64,000 bases of DNA, taken from assembly GCF_964194025.1 (NCBI RefSeq), contig NC_134468.1, positions 56,916,001 to 56,980,000 on the forward strand, given 5' to 3'. The notes under the pieces were generated by a model. The model ran no database searches. It saw nothing but the letters and a program-made list of their open reading frames with translations, and was not told where the DNA came from. Shown one piece after another: positions 50,101 to 63,000 of the stretch. The DNA comes from Convolutriloba macropyga. Lineage: Eukaryota. Each line of letters starts with the position of its first letter. Within the stretch, counting starts at the first letter, position 1. A program made the position numbers and the translations under genes.

Positions 50101-52679
50101 GGACAATGCAAAAACATATCCAAGTGTTCAAAAGGTTATAGAGCGGAACGTTTATGTGGAGGATTTGTTTGTTGCCGTATCAAGTCCAAATGAAGCTACA
50201 AACATTGTACATGACACTCGCAAGGTTCTTGCTTCTGGTGGCTTCAATCTGACAAAGTGGAATTCAAATAGTCATCAAGTTCTTGACCTGCTGAATCCGG
50301 ATATCCGACTTAATCCAGAAACATCCGCACCACAAAGTCAAAAGGTTCTTGGTTTGCCATGGTTTCCAGAAGCAGATACATTTGTTATAGAGCAAAATTG
50401 TTCCATAAGATCAAACTCGATGAAAAAACGAGTCAGCGTAAACTACTTCGTTTTGTTGCTTCCGTCTTTGATCCCTTAGGAATTATCGCCCCCCTTTACA
50501 ATAAGATTCCGCAAGGTTCTCCAAGCAGCATGGAACGACGGTCCTAAATGGGACAAGCCATTGCAGCTCGATGAGAATTCTGATTTCGAGAATCTGAAAA
50601 AAGAACTTTCGTCTTTTCAGGATGTACATCTTCCTCGCAAATTGTTTAACGAGATACCGATTTCATTGATTGAACTACACACGTTCACAGATGCATCCGA
50701 GTTAGTATTATCAGCAGTCAGTTATCTACGAATTGAACACATTGGCGAATCCGTCTCAGTCGCATTTGTGATTGGTAAAGCAAGAGTTGCGCCATTAAAA
50801 CGGATGACGATTCCTAATTTGGAATTACGGGCTGCGGTATATGGTGCTCAACTAGCTCAATTTGTCAGAGATGAGATGGATATAGAAATCCATAAACAAG
50901 TTTTTTGGTCTGATAGTACGACCGTTTTGTATTGGCTACGGACTCCTGAGATTCGTCATCGGATCGTCATTGCTAACACACTAGCCAAAATTTTGGACAA
51001 CTCCTCTGCCCAAGATTGGTTCTACATTTCGTCTACCAGAAATTCCGCTGACGATGGTACCCGAGGCTACAACGTTCACCTGATGAATGTCAACTCACGT
51101 TGGCTATTAGGCCCACCCTTTTTGTCTCAAAATAAAAACACGTGGCTGAAACAAGATTTACTTTCTGCTCAACATGTTAAAATTATAATGGCAGATCCAA
51201 TAAAAGAACTGAAATGCCAAATTGACATATCGCGTTTCAGCAACTGGAATCGTTTACTTAGAGTTGCAGCGCTTAGCTTCTTGTTTGCAGATAAATGCAG
51301 AAAAAAGGAATCCATTTTGTCACTAGCACACTATACAAAAGCGTACAATTACTTGATAAAAAGTGCCCAGCATCAAGATTTTAAATCGGAAATTTCGAAC
51401 TTAAGAAAAGGTATTGCAGTATCATCTACCAGTAGAATTGTATCATTATCACCATTCGTCGATCATAACCAGCACTTGCGTGCTCGAGGACGGTTGTCTA
51501 AAGCATTGAGACTAGAAACTGCGCGCTTCCCGTTGATCCTAGATGGAAATAATCAGAGTGTTAGACTAATGGTAAAACATTTTCACCAAACAAAAATGCA
51601 TTGTGGCACAGAACAAACTAGAAGTTTATTAATGGAACTCTATTGGATTCTTAGGTGCAGGGCGGTAGTCAAACAAACAGTTAGACAATGCATTCCATGC
51701 AGACGTATGATCCAAGAAGTAGCTGCCCCCAAATGGCTGACCTCCCAGAGTTCAGATTACCAAGAGAAAATCATCAAGTTTTTCAAACCACAGGCTTAGA
51801 CTTCGTAGGACCCTTTCCAGTTAAAGAACGTGGAAGAAACAGGCCTAGATACATACTCCTCTTCACGTGCTTAGTAGTACGCGCTGTCCATCTAGAATTT
51901 GCTTTCGACTTGACAACAGATTCAACAATCAATTGCATCCGTCGCTTTATAAGCCGTAGAGGAAAACCAAAAAATTTTTTCCGATTGTGGAAAATCCTTT
52001 GTTGGATCAAATAACTCTTTTCAATCCAGTATTGCAAGCCTTAGAAACTCTCATGATTTTGCAAGTCATTTGCATCTGATGCAGGTTGAAATTGAGTGGG
52101 TGTTTAACCCTCCTGCGGCTCCACACTTCGGTGGAAGTTGGGAACGCCTAGTGCAGATATTCAAGTTATCTCTGTACAAAGTAATTGGGTCAAGAACCCT
52201 TCCAGATTATATTTTGTGAACACTGGTATGTGAAATTGAATCCAATATGAATTCTAGACCTCTAACTAATGTCCCGAGTGAAATTAACGATCCTCTGCCT
52301 CTCACGCCTAACCACTTTTTACTTGGGAGAGCGTCAGTTAACTACCCTCCTGGTCTTTTCGAAACGCAAAAGGTCCATGTGTCCAGGTCATGGAAATCTG
52401 CTCAAGAACTAGCCTCGCATTTTTGGAATAGATTTCTCCGAACACATCCCTAATCAACAGACAAGGTCAAAGTGGAATAAAACTTCTGAAAACCTCAAGG
52501 TAAATGATTTGGTTTGGCTACTTGAAGACTTCACGCCACGAGGTCTCTGGCCTCTTGCAAAAGTTATAGAAATTTATCCCGGTTCAGATGGTGTAGTACG
52601 CTCCGTGAAACTGAACACTCCACATGGCGAGAAAGTAAGACCAGTCATCAAGCTAAGCAAAGTCTTAATAAACAAATGA
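47105..52679 (+). pseudogene. BEL/Pao gag-pol polyprotein (disrupted)
   Basis: Gag: PKL..ETFNGDPMKWIKW..F, EKMIHLQSLLTG. Zn knuckles: CFNCFGHHHVDQC and CRSKGCGKRHNTFLH. Protease: YLDNGS. RT: FLPHHPV, ADIEQMYMQV, YVEDL. RNase H: FTDAS, TIPNLEL, WSDST. Integrase: H..HCG...C..C, GLDFVGP, FNPPAAPHFGGSWERLV, LTPNHFLLG, WPLAKV...GSDGVVR. Multiple frameshifts and stops. Confidence 0.95.
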
Positions 52680-53040
52680 GTTATTTTGTGTTCTCGTTCT
52701 CTCGAGCAGATGTATACTTTAGTTTTCAATAGGAAAAGGTATAGAATTGTAAGTCAAGTCGTCCCCAAAAGTTGATGCAACAAGTTACAGTATTGCAAAG
52801 TTTCACATCAAATGTCTGAGTTTTGCGATCAATAGTCAAGCATTGCATGCCAAACTATTTTTGGGATATTCTTTTGCCCAATTTCGTTTGTCCCCTTTTC
52901 AGTCGCCCATACCTTTAGTTCCTCCCAAACTTCCTTTTCAGATTATTATATTTGCGATCGATTATCTTATCTTGTCTTCTCATCCTGCTGATTTTACACC
53001 GATATCATACAGTACAGCAACAGTTCGTGATCTTACAATT

Positions 53041-53051
53041 GGGGCCGAGGA
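53041..53051 (+). promoter_or_regulatory. Polypurine tract
   Basis: GGGGCCGAGGA lies immediately before the 3' LTR. Confidence 0.75.
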
Positions 53052-53250
53052 TGTCACTGACATGACTTCTTCTTGTCGAAAACGAACGGAAGTGATTTTC
53101 GACAGGAGCCTCACAACACAAATTACAATCATACAAAACACTCGCAATCAAAGGAAACTAATATATCTAATCTAAATCAAAATAACAAACATTTTTTATT
53201 AGCACATTCGAACGATAACCCCCACCTAAATTAAGTTGTTTTTGATAACA
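53052..53250 (+). repeat. 3' LTR (199 bp)
   Basis: TGTCACTGACA...GATAACA, followed by the TSD GACTT. Confidence 0.96.
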
Positions 53251-53279
53251 GACTTGTTTTGTTAGAGTTGTGTCGCTAG

Positions 53280-53420
53280 CACCGAGAGCTGTTATTATCA
53301 ACGATGTAAAGTCGGAAATTGAACAGCTAAAATTTTGGTTCCCTCAGAGACAGCCACTTGCCTTTCGTATTTTTTTGAGCCGTATTTATTCGCTGATGAC
53401 TGTAACCTTGTGTTCATGAG
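53280..53420 (+). pseudogene. Short fossil LINE reverse-transcriptase fragment
   Basis: Translates to IINDVKS..., a degenerate xPQ motif, and PYLFADDC (RT catalytic motif). Confidence 0.45.
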
Positions 53421-54332
53421 GCAGTGTGACAAAGGATGTGGATCCGGAAACATAGAATTGAGGAAGTTATCTCATTGGTTAAACTTTTGGAGGTTTGCGC
53501 ATTGACAGAAAAACTTCATTATTACCATCACAGCACTGCGCTTGCGAAGCTTATTGTAGTTGTTATCATACGGCACTTCGTAACCACAGAACTTCTTTGG
53601 AAATACTATGATTCTTTCATTAAATCATTCATCTTATGTGTACTTATAATAAATGGTAGAAATTGTAGAAAACACGCTTCCCAATTTTGAATTAGTAAAA
53701 TATGCTCTAAGGTTAATCTAAAGGTCGTAATGTATCCAGTATATATGAGCAATACGTCACTGGACTCTGTAAGTTCAAGCTAACATCGATCAGGAATTAT
53801 CATCTGTCTACTGTCCTAAACCCTTAATCGAGAAAAGTACCAGCTACGTAGGAATTCGTAGTGTGACTTCAGGTAGCTACTAACCTGACCAATCTAGTGC
53901 ACTTCTAAAAAAATACGATGAGCGAGGTGGCTAAGTTTCTTCAATAATAAACATGAAGCTATTGGATGCAGACGTTAGTAAAATGTTATTTCATAAACAT
54001 CCCATTATTTTGGAGAGCAGATCAAAATAACCATGCCCTGATGTTACTGAGTTTATTTTAATTTAATGTACATTTTTTGCCATATAAGTACTATAGGTAT
54101 TCCCTTGGGCTAGCCTATCGAGCTTTCGGAGGGCCCTTTTAATGTTTTTTAATTTTCCATTGTTTGTTTTTATTGTTATTCACCGTAAACTCAATTAATT
54201 CATTCTATAGTGCTGGTCTGCAGATGTGCAAATTCTGTCATACACTACTTTTATTTTGATCTAGTTCTTTAAAATTGGTATAAATGATCCATATAATCGG
54301 TACGACTAACTATATTTTTAAGAATACGTGCC

Positions 54333-54824
54333 ATGGTTGATGATGCTACAAAATCGCAACTTAAGCGGATCCCATTGCTAACAGTTAAGGCTGGTCCACG
54401 GGATGCGGAGCAATGGCCAGCACGGCTGAAAGAAGAATATCAATCTCTAATCCAGTTTGTGAAGAACAATAAAGAAGCTGATAACGATTGGTTCCGACTG
54501 GAGTCAAATAGAGAAGGAACGAAATGGTTTGGCAAATGTTGGGTCTACGACAATTTAGTTAAATACGAATTTGACATTGAGTTCGACATGCCTGTTGCCT
54601 ATCCATCGACAGCACCTGAAATAGCGATTCCTGAACTTGATGGTAAAACTGCAAAAATGTACAGAGGTGGAAAAATTTGCTTGACAGATCACTTCAAGCC
54701 CTTATGGGCTCGTAATGTGCCGAAATTTGGAATTGCACATGCAATGGCTCTTGGATTGGCCCCTTGGTTAGCTGTAGAGATTCCAGATCTAATACAGAAA
54801 GGAGCTATCGTCGCGAAGAGCTAG
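54333..54824 (+). CDS. UFC1: Ubiquitin-fold modifier-conjugating enzyme 1 (UFM1 E2), 163 aa, CDS without introns
   Basis: Near-continuous match to UFC1: [85 protein letters not shown]. The TAK motif and catalytic Cys are intact, and the ATG is in a good context (gccATGG). Confidence 0.98.
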   Translation: MVDDATKSQLKRIPLLTVKAGPRDAEQWPARLKEEYQSLIQFVKNNKEADNDWFRLESNREGTKWFGKCWVYDNLVKYEFDIEFDMPVAYPSTAPEIAIPELDGKTAKMYRGGKICLTDHFKPLWARNVPKFGIAHAMALGLAPWLAVEIPDLIQKGAIVAKS

Positions 54825-55649
54825 CTCATTGTCATTCCTAGAATGGAAATATATTTTAATGTCGTGTAAATTGAATGTGAATACTGCATGGGTTCTCGGA
54901 AATTAAATTGTTTAAGCTATGGGTTTTGCCTTCAGAGATAGAATGTACGTAGCTTCCACGTGCAATGGCCCCAATTAATAACAGCCAAATTAGTAAACGG
55001 TCTGCTCCTCCCGGGAAAGTTGGCAAACATTCAACAGAAGCACAATCCGAACAGGATGAACTGACAAGGTAGTTAAATTTCTTTCTAATCCACATGAAGC
55101 ATTTCTTAAAATTCTTAAAAAGCCTTCGAACGATAGTTATTGATCTGTAATGCATACAGTTCAGAAAATTGTCCGCGTTCCTCGTTTTTCGAGTTGGTGG
55201 AAAAAAATGGGTGAAAAGAAATCAGAGTTGAAAAGCCATGAGTCAGCCCACCATTTCTCATCTAATTTTTTTTGTCAATTGTGAAATTGCCAGAAGCACC
55301 GGATTGCAAGCCAGTACTCAGTTGCATGGCCATCAAAGTCGTGAATAGAACTTTCAACAAAAATGTCACAGATGATAACGGTCCAGCACAACAGAATAAA
55401 ATAAAAAATTGGTAAATGCCAGGTTATGTTGCGAAATAAGGAAAATGTCTAACAATAACCGGCACTGGAGCATCGGCAAATGCCAAAGAAATATCGAAAA
55501 ACTGGCTAATGAGATCATTCCTCCTCTCAATGCTCGTTTCATTTTTAATAGCCGCCGTCAGCCTCTCAACGGCGCTCTTTTTTTTACATTTCAAAGAATT
55601 TGAATTGTATTGGGAGCTGTCTGTTTTAAAGATCTGTTCACACCTTTTT

Positions 55650-57048
55650 TTGAAGTCAAATTGGAGTTGTGATTTTAGTCACGCCGAAACAGGAAGTGGA
55701 GCGAAAAAGCGAGTGGTTTTGCGGTGTGAGTTTTTTTGCTCTAATTTTAAAGTAGAGTGAGAAAACGGTGTTTGAACAAAAATTCGCTTTTTCGCTAGTG
55801 GATTTTTGTTCAATTATGGCAATTTCACTAGCTTTTTGTCGATTTTTTGGATAGCATTTTTAGGTGGTTTTTCCAATCCATTCGTAGTTCATTCTAGGCC
55901 TAGTTTTTTTTCTGATTGCTAATAAGCTTAATACCAATGTCAGCTAGCAAACACTAATGAACTTTGATAAGCTAATTTTCAACGACTTAACGATCCGGCT
56001 TTTATCGGTTTCTCCCGTGTCTTTTGATTTTGCTCTTTTGACTTTGACAGCATTCACTATATTGCGTTATTCGATGCATGAAAGAATTAAATCCATTCAG
56101 TTGAACCTATGATTCAAGTAGTCAGAAGTCAAACATGAAAATCGTGATTTATGTGAAACGCAAAACGTGATCAAAAGGTAAAGCAAATTTAAAAAACAGC
56201 AGGACAAGTACTGGTGTACAGTTCAAAGAATTTTCATTGACTAGAATTGACAAAACCACTATCATTGAATTGTCCATATCAGTGAAATGGACTATCAGTG
56301 AATTGGCAAAACCACTAGCGAGGAATGGAAATTTAGTTCAAACAAAAAAAACTGGGCCTAGAATGAACTACGAATGGATTGGAAAAAACATTTGAAAAGA
56401 ATCCGATCCCTAAAATTGACAAAAAAGCAAGTGAAATCGCCGCATTTGAACAAAAATCCACAAGCGAGAAAACGAATTTTTGTTCAAAAACCGTTTTCTC
56501 ACTCTACTTTGATATTAGAGCAAAAAAAGGTCACACCGCAAAACCACTCGCTTTTTCGCTCCATTTCCTGTTTCGGCGTGACTAAATTCACTACTCCAAT
56601 TTGACTTCAAGAATCATGAACTAAATTTCCATTTCTTGCTAGTGGTTTTGCCAATTCACTGATAGTCCATTTAACTGATATGGACAATTCACTGATAGTG
56701 GTTTTGTCAATTCTAGTCAATAAAAATTCGTTGAACTTGTCCTATGTTTTTTTTAAATTTGCTTTACCTTTTGATCACGTTTTGCGTTTTACATAAGTCA
56801 CGATTTTCATGTTTGACTTACTTGACTCACTTCTGACTTACTTGACTCACTGTTTCAACTGAATGGATTTTAAATTCTTTCATGCATTGAATAACGCAAT
56901 ATAGTGAATGCTGTCAAAGTCAAAAGAGCAAAATCAAAAGAGATGGGGTAAACCGATAAAGCCGGGTCATTGAGTCGTTGAAAATTAGGTTATCAAAGTT
57001 CATTAGTGTTTTCTAGCTGACATTGGTATTATGCTTATTAGCTTTCAG
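55650..57048. repeat. Interleaved inverted duplication A-B-A'-B'
   Basis: 55650-55911 is the reverse complement of 56344-56610. 55912-56340 is the reverse complement of 56617-57048. Confidence 0.92.
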
Positions 57049-57730
57049 TTTAGAAGCTGAACTAAGTATGGTTTTAGAATCCAACTGAAACTGCACGACA
57101 ATTGAAAACACTTTTTGGCACTGAAAAAAACAGAAAAATATTCGGTCAATTTATCTCTTTTCTTTTTCTGTTTCAATCCTGATGTGCATCAATTGCGTCA
57201 ACGGCGGATATTTTCCGGCAAACTGCCGGCTATGTTTTGGAGTAGTTACATTTCCGTCTGTACCGACTACACGTACTTACTTGACTCACTCTGACTTACT
57301 TGACTCACTGTTTCAACTGAATGGATTTTAAATTCTTTCATGCATTGAATAACGCAATATATTGAATGCTGTCAAAGTCAAAAGAGCAAAATCAAAAGAG
57401 ATGGGGTAAACCGATAAAGCCGGGTCATTAAGTCGTTGAAAATTAGGTGATCAAAGTTCATTAGTGTTTTCTAGCTGACATCGGTATTAAGCTTATTAGC
57501 TTTCAGTTTAAGCTGAACTAAGTATGGTTTTAGAATCCAACTGAAACTGCACGACAATTAAGAACACTTTTTGGCACTGAAAAAAAAACAGAAAAATATT
57601 CGGTCAATTTATCTCTTTTCTTTTTCTGTTTCAAGCCTGATGTGCATCAATTGCGTCAACGGCGGATATTTTCCGGCAATCTGCCGGCTATGTTTTGGAG
57701 TAGTTACATTTCCGTCTGTACCGACTACAC
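56816..57730. repeat. Recent direct tandem duplication, 2 x ~456 bp (56816-57272 / 57275-57730)
   Basis: acttacttgactcact...taccgactacac is repeated with few differences. Confidence 0.95.
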
Positions 57731-58725
57731 TTACCACTGTACAACATTCTTACACAAATGTTCAGCACATCCAAAGTCTCAGTGCGGCAATACGTCTGAG
57801 ATTGCGATGGCTTAAGAGGTACTCAACATACTCGTTGCGTATGGTGAACTGAAAAAAGTTTGAATTTAGGCTGTTCTTAGCCGAAAGAAAAGTAGCCGAA
57901 TACGAGGCGTTGTTGAATCAACCAAGTATATTTAGGAACGCGCGAATGTTATTGCGAGAATAACATGTTCAGTCATGATAATTTGTTTGTTTCCGATAGA
58001 TTCGTATCAATTCCCCGGTATGCTGAGGCATGAACAAATGCGTTTATAACTTGCATAAACTAGCGATATTGCGTCTCACTTGTGTTCGCTCTAAGTAATG
58101 AGTTGTGGCTTTTTTGACTAATTTTGCACGTTGGCTAATCTTCTGGACAACCACTCAACAGCCACTGATGTAATTTGATTTATTACGACCAAGGAGGTTT
58201 TGAACCTTCCTCCTTCGGGCTACTAGACTGAAGAAGTAAACACTCGGTTATCAGGGCCTCATTATGGCTGTTAATTATTTTTTCTTACGCAATTTTTATA
58301 TAGACTTGAACTGAAGAAGTAAACTTATTTACCGTAAATAAGATACGTATTGAGTAATAGCGCGGCCATCGAGAAATTTACTCAATATCATTTATCTTTA
58401 AACTACTGAAGTAAATAGTAGAGTTAAGATAGCAGGAAAAAAAATAAATGTCAGCGGTAAATGCTGTAATATCAAAAATTTTTTGCCATTAAAAATTTCG
58501 CTAAATGGACCTCTCAACAATTGCCCCCCCCCCCTTGGTACCTAGTAGAGGATACCTACGTCACATACCATAGTTTTATTTGGCCTACAGTTTAGACAGC
58601 CTAATATCAGTTTAAGGTTGGATGTTCTTAACTGTTCACGGTCATGCCTCCCTTTCGCTGTGGGATGTAATCCAGAAATCATGTACAAATTATTGCGTTG
58701 AGGACAACATCTTAGTGAGCATTAA

Positions 58726-58850
58726 TTTTTTATGACCCCCAGGCGAACGTGCTATTTTCTTACATAGTAACGTGCTAGATAACAACATATAATTTGTAAC
58801 TGGGGGTCATAAAAAACACTGGGGGGCCGAAACAGAATAGATCCCTATTT
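58726..58850. repeat. Hairpin-bearing dispersed repeat related to 17355-17460
   Basis: Inverted repeat tttttatgacccccag / ctgggggtcataaaaa, plus the shared downstream block. Confidence 0.55.
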
Positions 58851-59249
58851 AAAGTCTGCGAATCACGTAACAAAAACTACTCACAGATGTTTGGATAATA
58901 GATAAATACCTCAAAACATTGTTGTTAGCCTCTTTTGATCCATTAATCAAGGGTGATCATCCTGCACAATTAGTGGCGGTTTTTATAACGTTATAGGCAC
59001 GGAAAAGGAGAGCTCTAAAATTCATGTGAATACTCGGCAACAAACAGTTAAAAATAGCAAAGTTCCAAAATTTTAAGACCAGCGTATTTTTTAATTTTTA
59101 AGCGCAGCTCGTCCCCGTAAATCAAGGCTCTCCAAATTGTAAAAAAAGAAAATCTTTCCTTTTCATAGGAAAACACTACTGTAATTGTCCGGAGAACACT
59201 TATGGATCAAAACTTTTGGAGCTTTCATCATTGCCGGCATGGGATCTCA

Positions 59250-60050
59250 TGGACACTAGATGATTTAGCGAGACAAATCACAGAGCTAATTAACGCATAC
59301 GTGAGGTACAAAAAAATTCTTTAACTAGAATCTAGCCACCGTAATTCCCCTGTTCAAAAAGACGAAAACCTGCTTTCGATAAGGTGTTTTGGAAAATTAT
59401 TGACTGTTTGAAAATTGAAAATTTTTACAATAGAATCATTAGAACACAATTCAACGAAAACAGTTTTGGTACATGTACCCATCTTGATCGTTCCAAGGCA
59501 TTTGACTAAATAAATAATCGAAAACTACCAAATAAGCTCAAATATCTTGGTTGCAATGATTCAGCAGTCATAATATTGTCTAGTTTCGTTACCGGACGAA
59601 TGCAAATAGTAACTGCGAGTGCTCATGAGTTTCCAGAACGAACAGCCTTGGGACAGCTTTTGTTTAATCTGTGGTTTAGAATTAAACTCATACGGAATCA
59701 TTCAATGTGTGTTTGATACTTTTAATTCGAAAAATCCATCGCAACCTTAATAACAGTAAAAAATTCTGTTGAACACTTCACTATCTTTAATGCTGGATTC
59801 AGACAATTTTTATTTTGCGAGGTTTGTTAAAAAAGCACATCAGAAACTGAAATTTTTAAGCAAAAATAAACGATTAGGACAGTGAATTATCGGTGAGTAG
59901 TTTCATATAATGAGCTTCGATATCGTTCGGAAGTTAACCGTGAGATCACTAAAATGGACTTAAGTGTTAAATGTTTGAACAACTTGAGAAACTGCTTACC
60001 GAAAAGCTACTTATCATCATTTCTAGTTATCAGCCATTTACAATATCTGG
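59250..60050 (+). pseudogene. Fossil CR1/L2-group LINE reverse transcriptase
   Basis: Ordered degenerate motifs VIPLFKK, LDRSKAFD, KLKYLG, SFVTGRMQIV, and xPER..LGQLLF (for GVPQG..LGPLLF). Confidence 0.65.
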
Positions 60051-61357
60051 CCATACTCTTGAGCACTTTTGATGGCAACCTTTGATAAATATTAAGCTGC
60101 AGGAAGAAGGATTCAGCTGCTCCTTTCTTGCTTTACTACAGATTGGCTTGTTTCCTCGACTACAGATATGCTTGCTGTATCCTCTTTATATTAAGTAAAT
60201 AAAAACCAGCCTTCATTAGGTCGAATGGAATTTCGCTACGTACCTTTTACTTTTATAAACATCAATGAGCTGGAAAGTTAAATAGTTTTTATGAGCAATT
60301 ACTATGACAAAAGGTTAGTCCGGAGAGGACTTTTGTTTCTAAACAAGTTGCCCAAAAAACTGTTATGCTATATTCTTGGAATAGTTTGATGCTAACTTTG
60401 AATTATATGTATGGTTTCATGGCATGACTTCAGGTTTTTTCGTTTCGTGGCGTGATTTTTCATAACTCAATGAAATTATTTAAATTTTTGTAATGATTAT
60501 AGTTTGTCATTGTCGTAATCCATCATCAACCTTCACGATCTTTGAATGTGCATTAATTTCGTGCGAAAAGATTGTTCTCCGAAAAGATTGAATCTGGTTG
60601 CGTTCTCTGTAGGTAAAATGCACTTCCTGCAACTACAGCTCAAGACTGTGATCACAGGAAACTCAAATTTGATCTGATGTAATTATACAATCTAATTTGT
60701 AATCCAATTGATCAAGGCCCTTGTTGCATAGCTAACCCAAACAAAATCACCCTCTGTTTACCTTTTGAGTTCAAGTGTTTAGAGCGAAATTGAAAAGCAG
60801 GAACTGATCTAGCTAATAAAATTCGCCTGAACAGTTGAGGTAGGTAGCAAAACAAAAGTTGATTTAAATCATTGTCTTTTCCTGATAAAAATGATCGGTA
60901 ACGAATTTTGGGAAAAAATTAAATGTCTGAGTAATCGTTCTGATGCACGACCTTGAGGGTAGGCCCGATTAAAATGATTTGAGCTATGAAAAAGATTTTT
61001 GGTTCCAAATTGTCTACGAAGAGTGATGAATGGGGCAGGCGCTCTGCAAAATTTGAAGCATCACTTAATGTCTTTAAATGCTTTTTGAAATTTTCATCCA
61101 AATTTTGAAATAGAATTTGCAAACTTGAATATTTCAAATAAACTTACTACCGCTGAGTTCATTATTTATCAGCTTTTTCTCAAGCGTAGCATTGTTTTCA
61201 TCAACATGTGGAATAGTTGTTGTGGCTTGCTATTTCTGGCAAACGTCTCGTTAGTTTGTTTGAAAAAATTGACTGTTTTTTTTTGTACCGGATGACTGTC
61301 ATAATATCTCTGTTGCTTCCAATTTTTTTAACATGAGACACATCCTTAAGGGTTTAC

Positions 61358-63000
61358 TGTTCCAACCCACTTTAGTGGGGGGAGGAACTATATACTCAAA
61401 TGGGTTTTTTTGTTCAGTCAATTTTGGTCGATCGATATATCGTAGGGAGTTATGAATGGTATCATTAGAAAGCCCGTCCTCGGTAGAATATGGAATTAAA
61501 AAGATTGTTTTGATTTTCGTTTTTTACAGGGAGTTATCGAGGCACGAAGATTTTTGTGAATGGTAGACGATATTCCGTTGTTTTTGTTCACATTTTCCGT
61601 ATTCTCGACCAAAAGTTCGTCAATATTGCTAAAATGTTAAAATTGCGAACGGTAGTGTTATTGATTTTATCTACAAAGATAAAGGAGGGTTGCTGAATTG
61701 TTCGATCCAAGTTTTCCGGCTAAAATTTATTCTAATTTTTTCAGAATTTTGTCAAAAATGGGACAAAATATGCTTTTTTAGCCCGCTTTCTTTAAATTTG
61801 CTGGAAGTAGACACCTTAAAACTGCGGTCATATTACCACTGCCTTTAAGAGTTCTGGAATTACAATTTTGCCATTTTTTGCAATTTTGAATTCGATAGTT
61901 ATACAAAATGCTTTATTTATTTTTGATATACTGAAAAACTTGAAAATTGATCTATTTCGCGACCATTTGAACAAAAGAGCGTTCTCTTAACCGCGCAGCA
62001 ATATCAGGGTTGAACTTGATCTCATCATGGATCCTTACGGTAAAAAGTTATTTCCGAATTTATAGTTTTTTTAATGTAATATACTGACATAAGTTTCAAA
62101 TTAGGGCTCAGTTATTGACAGATTGAGGTTTTTATGAATCTGGTCAATTGTTTTCGTTAAATTTTATGACTTCTCGTTTATGTGCTTTAATTTGTTTTAC
62201 TTTTTGTTGTCCGTTAACTTAGTCTCCCCTATCATAGATGCAATCGGCTTCTTTAGGAGGTATAATTAAACTATACAAGGCGTTTAGTTGTTATCTAATG
62301 TCTTATGACTTTGAGTTTGTTTTTAAAAATATTGGTGGTTTTTTGAACTTTGACTTTATTTTATCTTATTTCTCTCAACTTCTGGCTAGTCTCAGTAAAA
62401 ACAAACAGTAAAAACCAGTTTCCTGTGAGTGGTAAATTAATGTCTGTAACAGTTTTATTTTTAACTAATGGTTTCTTAGTTTTCATTTTTTTATTGAGCA
62501 AAATTTCGCTTTTTAATAAGTTCATTTTGTTTCCTTGTCGAATTATCACATTATTGACAGGTCCACTTGATGGAAAGTATGGTTGGCATAATGCACAAAG
62601 TTCTAAAAGGGTGCAACTCTATTTTAATTGTTTTTGTTGAATAGTTTATGCTTTTATGGGTTGAGACACAGTTCTATCGCAAAATTTTTGCCTCTGTTTT
62701 TCTTTTTGTTGTTTTACGACATATACCTCATTATTATAGATCTCAATTGCTTCCCCAGGACGTATAACTGAACCTATTTCAAGATTTCAGTTTATAGCTA
62801 TTTTTTAACTGTCGCCTTTTTGCTTTCATTTTTGGCACCATGTAGCTCAATCGCACTAATAAAAAGTCTCAGCTGCTTGTTTTGATTCAAACTTTATTTT
62901 CTTGTTTTTGTCTTTATTGTCAAACATTGATATTCATTTTTAAAAACAGTTCCAATCATGCTACAAATAGTTTTTTCCTTCCTGATTGAATTAAGAACAG
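61358..63000 (+). mobile_element. Helentron/HINE-like element, copy 4 (opposite orientation)
   Basis: Begins TGTTCCAACCC (61358-61368) with the hairpin CCCACT-TT-AGTGGG, followed by the reverse complement of the shared terminal block (tatatactcaaatgggttttt...caattttgg.cgatcgatatat). Distal boundary uncertain. Confidence 0.65.

Larger units (their letters stand above)
45548..53250 (+). mobile_element. BEL/Pao LTR retrotransposon, structurally complete, coding-defective
   Basis: TG...CA LTRs at both ends, a 5-bp TSD GACTT (45543-45547 / 53251-53255), PBS, PPT, and gag-PR-RT-RH-IN order with BEL-type motifs. Confidence 0.97.

Noticed and set aside
52843-53175. Possible env-like extra ORF of the BEL element
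   Set aside because: Short, non-ATG start, runs through the PPT into the LTR, and shows no envelope features.
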